This document shows, in pieces, positions 44,069-52,590 of a stretch of DNA of 64,000 nucleotides. Every line of letters starts with the position of its first letter. Positions within the stretch are counted from its first letter, which is position 1. The notes under the pieces were generated by a model. That model was not told the DNA's origin and did not search any database. It saw only the letters and a program-made list of their open reading frames with translations. This DNA is from Verrucomicrobiota bacterium. GTDB lineage: Bacteria; Verrucomicrobiota; Verrucomicrobiia; Limisphaerales; UBA8199. Location of the stretch: contig JBEKRX010000017.1 in the NCBI GenBank assembly GCA_049518415.1, forward strand, positions 82,305 through 146,304, written 5' to 3'. The translations under genes were made by a program, and so were the position numbers.

Positions 44069-44977
44069 CTACTCCCGCAAGTACTGGTCAAACCAATCCG
44101 CAAAGCGCCGAATGTCCCAGATCATGGTGGGCCAGCCATGTTTGCCGCCGCGGTGGATGACCAGCTTTACGGTGCAGCCGGACTGCCGCGCCTGGGCCTG
44201 GAAGCGTTGTGATTGGTCCAGCGGCACCAGCGTGTCAGCATCGCCGTGGTAGATAAGCGTGGGCGGGAGATTGGAGGTGATGTGGAAAATCGGCGACAGG
44301 TCGCGGCCGATGACTTTCCAAAGGGCGAGGTTGGTGGACTCCGGGCCGAAGGCTTGCACGAAATGGATGGGCGGCCCGCCATTGCCGGGGTTCTCGGTCG
44401 AGGTGCCGAGGTTGAGCAGGTCGGTGACGGGAAAGAAGATCGCGACGGCTTGCACGGCGCTGCTTTCCCGGTCAACCGGGTCGGGTGCGCTCGCCGGGCC
44501 GGGACCGCCGCCAGTCGCCAGCAGCAGGCTCAGGTGGCCGCCGGCGCTGCCGCCAGTGACCCCGAGCCGCTGCGGGGCCACCGCGTAATCGCGGGCATGA
44601 TGCCGGATGTAGCGCACCGCGCGGTTCATGTCCTCGGCTATCTCCCGCACCGTGGCCTCCGGTTGGGAGACGTGATAGACGGCGAAGACCGTGTAACCAC
44701 GGCGCAGCAGCGGCGCGGCGACCCAAGGCTCAAAGGAGCCGGGCGGCGACCGCCAGCCGCCGCTGACCACCACGACCACCCCGAGCCCGTTTGGCTTGGC
44801 GGGGCGCATGACCTCCAGCGTCAGGTTCCGGCCGTGGCGCTGCCCATAGACCACCCCGCCCGTCCGCGTGACGCGCGGGTGCAGGTAAAGCCAGAGTGAG
44901 CCGAGCATCGCGCCGGCGACCAGCACAACCACCGCCACCAGGACCAGCAGCATCCGAAAAACCCGCCGTGCTTTCAT
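44069..44977 (-). CDS. Alpha/beta hydrolase (esterase/lipase-like) with N-terminal anchor
   Basis: Hydrophobic N-terminus. LGVTGGSAGGHLSL contains the GxSxG nucleophile elbow. YHGDADTLVP acid motif. GGKHGW His motif. Confidence 0.8.
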   Translation of the reverse strand: MKARRVFRMLLVLVAVVVLVAGAMLGSLWLYLHPRVTRTGGVVYGQRHGRNLTLEVMRPAKPNGLGVVVVVSGGWRSPPGSFEPWVAAPLLRRGYTVFAVYHVSQPEATVREIAEDMNRAVRYIRHHARDYAVAPQRLGVTGGSAGGHLSLLLATGGGPGPASAPDPVDRESSAVQAVAIFFPVTDLLNLGTSTENPGNGGPPIHFVQAFGPESTNLALWKVIGRDLSPIFHITSNLPPTLIYHGDADTLVPLDQSQRFQAQARQSGCTVKLVIHRGGKHGWPTMIWDIRRFADWFDQYLRE

Positions 44978-44989
44978 GCCGGAGAATCC

Positions 44990-45724
44990 TCAATCCGTTC
45001 GCTGGCGGCGCAGGAGCCGGCGCAGGCCAATCCAGATCACCACGGCCACGGCCACGGCCAGGCTGATGACCCCGACGCTCCTGGCAAACGAGGCCTCCAG
45101 GGCGCCGGCGCCGATCAGCGTGCAGGGCACGGCCTCGGGCAACTGGCCGATCAGGCTCCCGACCAGAAAATGCCGGTGGCGGAGAGGGAACAGGCCGCAG
45201 GCCAGGTTCACCAGCAAGCCTGGGACCGGCAGTTGCCGCGCCAGGATGACCCCCGAAATTCCTTCCTGTTGCAGCAGGCTATGCAGCTTGCCGCGTTTGG
45301 AAAGGTACTGCTCGGCCCATTGCCTGGCGCCAAAGCGCGTCACGAGGAAGAGCGCGTAATTGCCCAGCAAAGTGCCCAATTGGGCCCAGAGCAGCCCGGA
45401 CCAAAAGCCCAAGGCCATGCCCGCAACAAAACAGAACAGCAGCCGCGGGAAACCTATGGCCACCAGCGCGGCCACGCTCCCCGTGACCACCAGCGGGGCC
45501 AGTATTCCCAGGCCCCGGATTTGCTCGCTCACCTCCCGCAACCGCCCAAGGTAGGCGCGCAGCGGAGACAAATAGACGATCGCCAGCAACACCCCCACAA
45601 TCACCGCCAGCAAGGCGATTCTTCGCCAGGGCGGCCTGGCAGCCACGCCGCCCTCAGCCGTTTCGCTCAACTGCGGCCTCGGTTCCGTCATTGGGTTCGC
45701 GCCCGCGGTCATCCCTAATACCAT
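44990..45724 (-). CDS. TVP38/TMEM64 (DedA-related, SNARE-associated) family membrane protein
   Basis: FPRLLFCFVAGMALGFWSGLLWAQLGTLLGNYALFLVTRFGARQW and LPVPGLLVNLACGL. Confidence 0.8.
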   Translation of the reverse strand: MVLGMTAGANPMTEPRPQLSETAEGGVAARPPWRRIALLAVIVGVLLAIVYLSPLRAYLGRLREVSEQIRGLGILAPLVVTGSVAALVAIGFPRLLFCFVAGMALGFWSGLLWAQLGTLLGNYALFLVTRFGARQWAEQYLSKRGKLHSLLQQEGISGVILARQLPVPGLLVNLACGLFPLRHRHFLVGSLIGQLPEAVPCTLIGAGALEASFARSVGVISLAVAVAVVIWIGLRRLLRRQRTD

Positions 45725-45857
45725 GCGCCAGCGCCCTCGAAAAATGAATCCTAAAAAAACCGCCGGAATTTGAAGCTTGCAAATTGGGATGGGATTGCGT
45801 ATGCCGGCAGGGTTCTGGCAATAACTTGTTCGGCAATTTCACTAACCATCAGGAACC

Positions 45858-46640
45858 ATGAACAAGAAGCATAAAGCAGGAGGCCTGGACAAACTGCCGA
45901 CCGGCATCACCGGTTTTGATCACATCACCGGCGGCGGTCTGCCGGCGCGGCGCACGAGCCTGCTGGCCGGCGGACCCGGCAGCGGCAAGACGGTGCTCGC
46001 CCTGCACACACTGGTCAGGGCCGCCCAGCGCGGCGAGCCGGGCGTTTTTGTGAGCTTCAACGAGTGCCCGCGCCAGTTGATGGAGAACGCCGGCGCCTTC
46101 GGCTGGGGCCTCGAGGCGCTGGAAAAGAACAAGCTGGTGTTTCTGGACGCGCGCTTGCGGCCTAAGGTGGTCCGGGCCGGACAGTATGATTTGACCGGCA
46201 TGCTGGCGGGCCTGCGCACGGTGGCCACGGACCTGGGCGCCCGCCGGTTGGTGTTCGATTCGATTGACGTGCTGCTGACACTCCTGGACGATCGCCTGGC
46301 CGAACTGCACGAAGTGCTCCGCCTGCACGATTGGCTTTGCGAAAACGAATTCACCGCCCTCATCACCGTCAACGTCGATGGCGGCGACCCCCGCGCCGCC
46401 CAACGCTATGCCTGCGTGCAGTCCATCGCGGATTGCGCCATTCTGCTCGACTATCGCCTGACCGAGCGCGCCGCCCGCCGCAGCTTGCGCGTCCTGAAAT
46501 ATCGCGGCTCCCGCTTCCTGGAACAGGAATTTCCGTTTGTGATCGCCGATTCCGGGATCGAGGTGTTGCTCCCGCGCCCCGCGAGCGCGGCGGCCGCCAC
46601 GGCGCCCCCGGCTGAGTCTTACGGATTGCGTCTTTCTTGA
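45858..46640 (+). CDS. Single-domain KaiC/RecA-superfamily ATPase
   Basis: TGITGFDHITGGGLPARRTSLLAGGPGSGKTVLALHTL contains the Walker A. RLVFDSID is the Walker B. RSLRVLKYRGSRF is the typical KaiC-like pattern. Confidence 0.8.
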   Translation: MNKKHKAGGLDKLPTGITGFDHITGGGLPARRTSLLAGGPGSGKTVLALHTLVRAAQRGEPGVFVSFNECPRQLMENAGAFGWGLEALEKNKLVFLDARLRPKVVRAGQYDLTGMLAGLRTVATDLGARRLVFDSIDVLLTLLDDRLAELHEVLRLHDWLCENEFTALITVNVDGGDPRAAQRYACVQSIADCAILLDYRLTERAARRSLRVLKYRGSRFLEQEFPFVIADSGIEVLLPRPASAAAATAPPAESYGLRLS

Positions 46641-46713
46641 AGTGATGAAACGCTCGGGTCTCAGCGAGGCCATCGCGCGGGAGGAGGACTTCGCCGCCCA
46701 AGGGCGCGCTTCC

Positions 46714-48201
46714 ATGAACCGCAAACTTCCCCGCAGCCTACGAGCCTGTTCGGCTGGCGCAGCGCCGGAGCCAGGCACTATCACTGGTCCGTCCCGATTT
46801 TCTCGTCGCCTCTTCATCAAGCGGTCTGCGACCGCCGGCCTCGGCTTAGCCTCGGTCGCGGGCTTGGGTCTGTTGCCCAAGGGCTTAGGGGCCGAGGAAT
46901 CATCCGCCGACGGTCAGCCGTTGGTTGGCAGGATTGCCGATGCGGAAATCCGCGCCGGGGTCGAGGCCGCGATTGCCAGGAACCTGATTCCCTCGGCTAG
47001 CGAGCAGGCCTACCCCGGCCATTTCACTATTACCGCGGACGGCAATGGTTACGGCGGCAATACGACCTGGCCGGGGTTGGATTCATGGCAGATGAGCGGG
47101 GCCTATCTCCTCCTTGGCCGCCGGCGGCTGGTGCTGGACTACTTTGAATTCGTAAGGGCTTCCCAACGAAAAGACGGCAATGTCCCGTTTGCCATTTTTG
47201 CAGGCGACACCCGGCCGGACAAAGGTTGCCTGCGCGGTCTGAAGTACCCGGACGATGTCTTTGCCTACAAGCCCCCCAAACGCGAAGGTCTGCCCGTGGC
47301 CGCCCAGGAAACGCGCACCTGGATCGGCCTGTTCGAGCATTGGCAACCCAAGGCCAATCCGCTGAGCACCCTCGGTTCCATCTGCTACCTCCTCACGGCG
47401 GCAGAGATCTTCGACGCCACTGGCTCGCTGGCCTGGCTGCGCCTCAGACTGCCCTCGCTCCAAGCGGCTGCGAACTACCTGCTGAGCCGGCAGAATGACC
47501 TCGGGCTGCTCGGTGGCTCGGGCTTTTACACTGAATTGCCGCCCCGCTATGGCTCGGACGGCGTCACCCAGTGCTATGCCATCCATGCCTTCCGCCAATT
47601 GGCAAGGCTATGCCGGGCGGTCGGCGAAAGGACCAGCGCCGGCGTTTGGTCCCGCCACGCCGAGAAGCTGGCCAAGACGTTTGTTGCCGCCTTCTGGCGC
47701 CAGGACCATTTCGCCGAATACATTCACGCCGAACACGGTCTGGTCGATGCCCACGGCCTGTCCGATGTCAACTGGGCGGCGGTCGCCTTTGGCATTGCCA
47801 CCGGTCGGAACCTTAAATTGCTTTGGCCGCGGCTCTTGCACGAGCCGGGCTTCTGGCACGGAGACATGCCGACGCAGACGGTCACCAAGCCCTTTACCTA
47901 CCAGCCCTGGGAACATAATGAGCCGGTCCCCTTCCCGGTGCAACCGCTGCAGGACGTGGCCGCGATGGGGCGAGCATGGTATCTGGAAGCCACCGCCTGC
48001 CAGCGCCTGCAGGCGCGGCAACGGCTGCTCGACTCGGCGCGCAAGGTGTGCCGCGCCGCCAAAACCGATGGCTATTGGCGCGAGCGCTACCATCCCCAAC
48101 CCAACGGCACGGTTTCCCCTGCCGGCGTTCAGAAGTACTGCGAATACCCGGCGGTCCTGGTGCGAGTCGTCTTTAAGAATCCAACTGCCTTCTGCCTGTG
48201 A
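46714..48201 (+). CDS. Tat-signal protein, possibly (alpha/alpha)6 six-hairpin glycosidase-like
   Basis: SRRLFIKRSATAGLGLASVAG is a Tat motif. The helical repeat composition and Trp-rich motifs (WPGLDSWQM, YAIHAFRQLARL) suggest a six-hairpin fold. The start is uncertain (46645 or 46714). The function call is weak. Confidence 0.4.
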   Translation: MNRKLPRSLRACSAGAAPEPGTITGPSRFSRRLFIKRSATAGLGLASVAGLGLLPKGLGAEESSADGQPLVGRIADAEIRAGVEAAIARNLIPSASEQAYPGHFTITADGNGYGGNTTWPGLDSWQMSGAYLLLGRRRLVLDYFEFVRASQRKDGNVPFAIFAGDTRPDKGCLRGLKYPDDVFAYKPPKREGLPVAAQETRTWIGLFEHWQPKANPLSTLGSICYLLTAAEIFDATGSLAWLRLRLPSLQAAANYLLSRQNDLGLLGGSGFYTELPPRYGSDGVTQCYAIHAFRQLARLCRAVGERTSAGVWSRHAEKLAKTFVAAFWRQDHFAEYIHAEHGLVDAHGLSDVNWAAVAFGIATGRNLKLLWPRLLHEPGFWHGDMPTQTVTKPFTYQPWEHNEPVPFPVQPLQDVAAMGRAWYLEATACQRLQARQRLLDSARKVCRAAKTDGYWRERYHPQPNGTVSPAGVQKYCEYPAVLVRVVFKNPTAFCL

Positions 48202-48236
48202 TCATGGTTTGATTGCAAAGGTTTGATTTGCCGGAT

Positions 48237-49583
48237 TCATTTTTTCTCGCTGCGGAATTGGCGAAACAGCTTTTGTGCCAGGGGGAAGGCCGGGCTTTGG
48301 CGGCCCTTGTCCAGACAGTAGGTGACCACACCCTCGCACTTGCCTTCCTGCCGGGCCTGCAAGGAGAGGCGGAGTTGTTCGGCTATGCGCTCGGGCGAGG
48401 CAGGGTCCCCGTGGCGCAACCGAAATTCCTCCGCGTCCCCGGCGGTCATCGAGATGAAGGGGATGTGGAACCGGCGCGCGCCGGTTTTGGGCGCGCTGCC
48501 GAATCCGCTCTCGAAGGGTCCCTGGCGGTTCACCTTCCAGGCCTGTGCCTGGCCCAAGTCAGCCTGGAATTGCAGGCCTTCCGCCCTCAAGCCGCCCAAC
48601 TGCCAGCGGACGCCAAAGTTGCTTACACCCTTCTTATCCCACAGCCGAAACGCCACCGTCACATTGGTCTTGCCACGCAGGTTCGGGCTCACGTCCACGC
48701 TGACCTGGCGCCAATTGGCCGGCCCGCCCGCCACGTCCTCGGCCCAGACCACGCTTTCGTTCACCAGCAGTTGCTTGAAGTGGTAGCCGGCGGTCGGCCC
48801 GGAGAAATTGTCGCGCTCGCGAAACTGAACCAGGCATCGGTCAGCGGGCAGCACTTTGGCCGGCTGACTGGCCATCACAAAGTCGCCCGCGCGCGAGGGT
48901 GTGTTCCCCGGGCAAACCAGCTCGGCGGCCGGAGGGACGGTCGCATCGTTGAGGACGGCCCAGGTCCTCTCAATCTCCTCCCGGTCCTGCAAATAGGCCA
49001 CGACCACACCGTCGATGACGGCCCGATAGTCCTCGGCGAACCGGGCGTTGACTTCGTCAAAATACATCAGCGGCAGGAAGGCCAATTGCGGGTTGAGGCC
49101 CTTGGCCCGCGCCTGCAGGGCGCGCACGTAGGAGGGTGTGAAAAACTCATGATTGGCATAGAAGTCGTCGATCACCCACGCCGTGAGGTTGGGGTGCTGC
49201 CGCGACAGCCGCGCGATTCCCTCCGCCCAGCGTGGATAGTCCAGGCGAAACGGTTCCGCCGGCGGCCCTTCCGAGGGCGGCACCAGGTAAACCCAGACCT
49301 CGAGACCCGCCGCGGCCGCCCTGGGCAGAAACAGCTTCAGATCCTCCCAGTCCGTGGCGGCGTGCCAGATCAGCCAGTAGTAGGTGGTGACGCCCAATTC
49401 CTGGAGCCGCTTGACCATCAAGTCGATGTCCACGCGGCCGTCGGGCCGGCGCAGTTCGGAATCATAGTCAGCCAGGTGCTGGCGGCCGACCGCTGGACCT
49501 GGCGAGGCAGCGCCCGCCACGCCATTGGACCCAGGCGTGGTCAGGAGGAGGACGGAGAAGATGGAGCATAAATACCTTTTCAT
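48237..49583 (-). CDS. Secreted hypothetical protein (possible TIM-barrel glycosidase-like N-domain)
   Basis: Start set at MKRYLCSIFSVLLLTTPG (signal peptide). Coding-like composition throughout. No family recognised with confidence. Confidence 0.5.
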   Translation of the reverse strand: MKRYLCSIFSVLLLTTPGSNGVAGAASPGPAVGRQHLADYDSELRRPDGRVDIDLMVKRLQELGVTTYYWLIWHAATDWEDLKLFLPRAAAAGLEVWVYLVPPSEGPPAEPFRLDYPRWAEGIARLSRQHPNLTAWVIDDFYANHEFFTPSYVRALQARAKGLNPQLAFLPLMYFDEVNARFAEDYRAVIDGVVVAYLQDREEIERTWAVLNDATVPPAAELVCPGNTPSRAGDFVMASQPAKVLPADRCLVQFRERDNFSGPTAGYHFKQLLVNESVVWAEDVAGGPANWRQVSVDVSPNLRGKTNVTVAFRLWDKKGVSNFGVRWQLGGLRAEGLQFQADLGQAQAWKVNRQGPFESGFGSAPKTGARRFHIPFISMTAGDAEEFRLRHGDPASPERIAEQLRLSLQARQEGKCEGVVTYCLDKGRQSPAFPLAQKLFRQFRSEKK

Positions 49584-49805
49584 AGCTGTCGCCTTCGAGG
49601 GCCAGGATGAACCGCTGGCCGGCTGAAAGCAAGGAAAGAGGAGTGCGCCTGGAGTGCCGATCGTGGTGGCTGCGGCTGGTTCATAATCCGGGGCGATGGG
49701 GGGGCCAAAGTCCAATGGCCTTCGGCCCCGATGACAGCCTCCATTTCCGTGTTGACGCCGCGGCCTGGCCGGCTACGATCAGGCTGCACGGTGTCAGTCT
49801 CCGTC

Positions 49806-50546
49806 ATGAAACGCGCCATCCAGCTTGCTTCCCTCCTTTTACTATTGATTTTGAGCTTTGGATTGGTGGAAGCGCAGTTTCATATCTTGCGCGGCCTTTT
49901 CGGCGGCCGGCCATTAGGCCAACGCGAATTGGCCACCCAGTTCCTCGGGCAGTATCTTGCCAGCCAATATCCCGGCAAGCGGGCCATCGTCTTTTCCAAC
50001 CCGTTCTCCAACCGGCCGGGCCAGCCGCCGGAGATATACCAGTACGAAAAAGCCGGGTTGCGCGGCCTGCGGCGGGGTTTGGGGAGCGCGGTGAAAATCG
50101 AGCAGGTCGTGTTCCCGGACTTAAGGCCGGGCGCCCTCCAGAATCCCCGCGCGGTTGAGATTGATCGCGGCACCACGACCCCGCTGAGTTACCTCGTGGC
50201 GGACGACGCCCTGGACCACCTCGCCAATCAATACCCGGGCGCGGAACTTTTAGTGAGTCTCATTGGGTTGCCAGTCCATATCCGACAAACTGAAACCTGG
50301 AAGCCGGGCAATGCCAGGAAGTTTGCCCTGCTGTTGCCGGATTTGCGCATGGTGGGCAATCAAGCCGCTATTCGCCAGGCGGTCAAAAGCGGCAAGCTCG
50401 CCGCCCTGGTCCTGAACAAGCCCGGGGCTCCGCCGGAAGACCAGCCGCTCGGCAAGGACGCAAAAATGGAATTTGACCAGCGATTCCTGTTGCTCACGCC
50501 GGCGACCGTGGATGAATATTTGCGGGCCTATCCGCGTTTGTTTTAG
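49806..50546 (+). CDS. Secreted hypothetical protein
   Basis: Start set at MKRAIQLASLLLLLILSFGLVEAQ (signal peptide). 246 aa. No family recognised. Confidence 0.5.
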   Translation: MKRAIQLASLLLLLILSFGLVEAQFHILRGLFGGRPLGQRELATQFLGQYLASQYPGKRAIVFSNPFSNRPGQPPEIYQYEKAGLRGLRRGLGSAVKIEQVVFPDLRPGALQNPRAVEIDRGTTTPLSYLVADDALDHLANQYPGAELLVSLIGLPVHIRQTETWKPGNARKFALLLPDLRMVGNQAAIRQAVKSGKLAALVLNKPGAPPEDQPLGKDAKMEFDQRFLLLTPATVDEYLRAYPRLF

Positions 50547-50557
50547 AGCGTCTCCCC

Positions 50558-51739
50558 TCAGAGATTGACAAGCCTGACCCGGAAGAAGGCGGGGGAGGGG
50601 TAGTTGGCGACGGTATAAGTGTTGGTCGTCAGGACGGGTGACACGGCCGAAAAGCTGGGCTCCGAGAGGGAAGGACTTGTCTCGACCACGTAACCATGCA
50701 CGCGCCGCGTCGTGCCGTGGACCGCATCATAGAGGTCGGCCGCCGGGCCATCCCATTGCAGGGTCAAGCTGCCATCCGCCAGGGAATACTGCCACTGCCT
50801 TAGCCTCGGCAAAGGATGATAGACAATAACCCCTCGCACGGGCAGATTGGCCTCCCAGAGCGCCGAGGTCCAGGCATGCATACTGTTATTGCCGCTCGCC
50901 CAGCTTGTCCGGTATCGCGCGTAGGAGACGCCGTTATTCACATAATAGCCGTAGGCCAGCATGCTATGGATGTGCGGGTTGACATGCGGCGTTGAATTCA
51001 CGGTTCGTGACATCTCGGTATAACTCTGGAGCGACAGCAACACCGGATAGCCCGCGTCGATTTCGGCTTCCAGATCGTTGAAAGTAAATCCTGTGCCCGC
51101 GGGTATGTTAGGATTGAAGTCCACCAATTGCGAGATGACCGTGCAATCATAGCCTCGGAATTGGGTCCAGGCGCGAAGGCCGGATTGAACGTCGCTGGCC
51201 GGCAGGCCCGCCGCGGCATCGGGCACGAAATTCGTCCGTCGGTCGCCGTTGGTATCCCAGTAATTAAAGCAAAAGCCGTCAATATTGCCATCGCACTCAT
51301 TGGCCATATTTGTCCATTTCAATTGACTCATTCCGATGAAATCCCCAAGGCAATCCGGGGTGTGTTCCGGTCGCTGGGCGATAACGTAAGGGTCGGGACC
51401 GGTGTTTTCGTATCCGGCCCAATAATCGTCCACATGGCCTGGTTGATCAGCCGGGCGTCCGTCGTGGCCGGCTTGAGAGGCCCACAGCGACACGATACCC
51501 GAGTTGGCCCCGCTATCATTCAGCGGGGCCACCCCGCCGTTCACCGGTCCGGTGTAAAAATCAGGGAACCCGTGCCGGTCCCAAAAACCCATCAGGTTGC
51601 CAGCGGCTGTCCCCATACAGCCGTAGGCCCAGTTATAATCCGGCACCCCGGTCAAATAGACCGAGGTCGAGCCGCCGGCCGGGGCGGCCCAGAAGGCGAC
51701 CGAGGCTCCAAGGATGCCCAGTTTGGCCAGCGTCTTCAT
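50558..51739 (-). CDS. Secreted papain-fold (C39-like) cysteine-peptidase-like protein with C-terminal FFRV-ending beta domain
   Basis: Start set at MKTLAKLGILGAS (ATG 51739, AAGGAAG SD). YNWAYGCMGTAAGNLMGFWDRHG is the candidate catalytic Cys helix. IHSMLAYGYY is the candidate catalytic His strand. Ends AFFRVRLVNL. Confidence 0.5.
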   Translation of the reverse strand: MKTLAKLGILGASVAFWAAPAGGSTSVYLTGVPDYNWAYGCMGTAAGNLMGFWDRHGFPDFYTGPVNGGVAPLNDSGANSGIVSLWASQAGHDGRPADQPGHVDDYWAGYENTGPDPYVIAQRPEHTPDCLGDFIGMSQLKWTNMANECDGNIDGFCFNYWDTNGDRRTNFVPDAAAGLPASDVQSGLRAWTQFRGYDCTVISQLVDFNPNIPAGTGFTFNDLEAEIDAGYPVLLSLQSYTEMSRTVNSTPHVNPHIHSMLAYGYYVNNGVSYARYRTSWASGNNSMHAWTSALWEANLPVRGVIVYHPLPRLRQWQYSLADGSLTLQWDGPAADLYDAVHGTTRRVHGYVVETSPSLSEPSFSAVSPVLTTNTYTVANYPSPAFFRVRLVNL

Positions 51740-51752
51740 TTTCTTCCTTTGC

Positions 51753-52436
51753 TCACGGCGGGAAATAACCCGGTATGGTGTCCTGGCCGTAAAGGGCCTG
51801 GATGCCCAGGCGCTCGAGTCGCACCCGGTTGCAGGACTCCACATGGCCCTCCATGAAAAGACCATTGGCGTGGAGATTGTGGCGGGCGTGCACTTCATAT
51901 TGGTGGTCCGCGTCGAAGTAATAATATTGCCTGGCCCCGGCGCCGCTCCGGCCCCGGCTGGTGGTATCGGCCAGGAACAGGTATTCCGTTGGCTGGCGCA
52001 GCAAAGTGGTGTTGAGAATTTCCCCAAAGTCACCCTGGGTATATTCGGGCGGCGGGTCCTGGCGGACGCCATAAATGTAAAACCAATTCTCGAACCGTCG
52101 CGGAGCATAGGCAGGACAGACAAACACATCCAGCGCCTTCAGTGGCTGGTTGGTGTTGAGAATACTGGCCCAGGTCGTGTCCGGCTCCAGGGGAGCATCA
52201 ATCTGAATGCGCCCGTTAAATTGTTCGAGATAAAGGGCTATAGCAACCCCTAACTGGCTTAAATTACTGGCGCATTGGGCGCGTCGCGCCCGCTCCTTGG
52301 ACCCGCTTAGCGCCGGCAACAGCAGACTGGCCAGGATGCCGATGATCGCAATCACCACCAGCAATTCAATGAGCGTGAAGGCCCGGCCGCGCCAGCCCGC
52401 CACGGCCTGTGGTATTGCAACCCGCGGCTTTCTCAT
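51753..52436 (-). CDS. Prepilin-type N-terminal cleavage/methylation domain protein (pseudopilin-like, H-x9-DG-type C-terminus)
   Basis: [43 protein letters not shown], and near the C-terminus [17 protein letters not shown]. Confidence 0.85.
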   Translation of the reverse strand: MRKPRVAIPQAVAGWRGRAFTLIELLVVIAIIGILASLLLPALSGSKERARRAQCASNLSQLGVAIALYLEQFNGRIQIDAPLEPDTTWASILNTNQPLKALDVFVCPAYAPRRFENWFYIYGVRQDPPPEYTQGDFGEILNTTLLRQPTEYLFLADTTSRGRSGAGARQYYYFDADHQYEVHARHNLHANGLFMEGHVESCNRVRLERLGIQALYGQDTIPGYFPP

Positions 52437-52590
52437 TTGGACTTTTTAAACTGTGGCGTTACCGGCGCCCAGAAAATAGCTTAAGGAAATCCCACAGTGA
52501 GTCAATAAGCAATCGTGAACCGGGGGGCCGACGCCCCGCTTGGCCGAGAGCCTGCTTCCCTGTTTCGCGCAAATTGTGTAAGCTGGCGGC

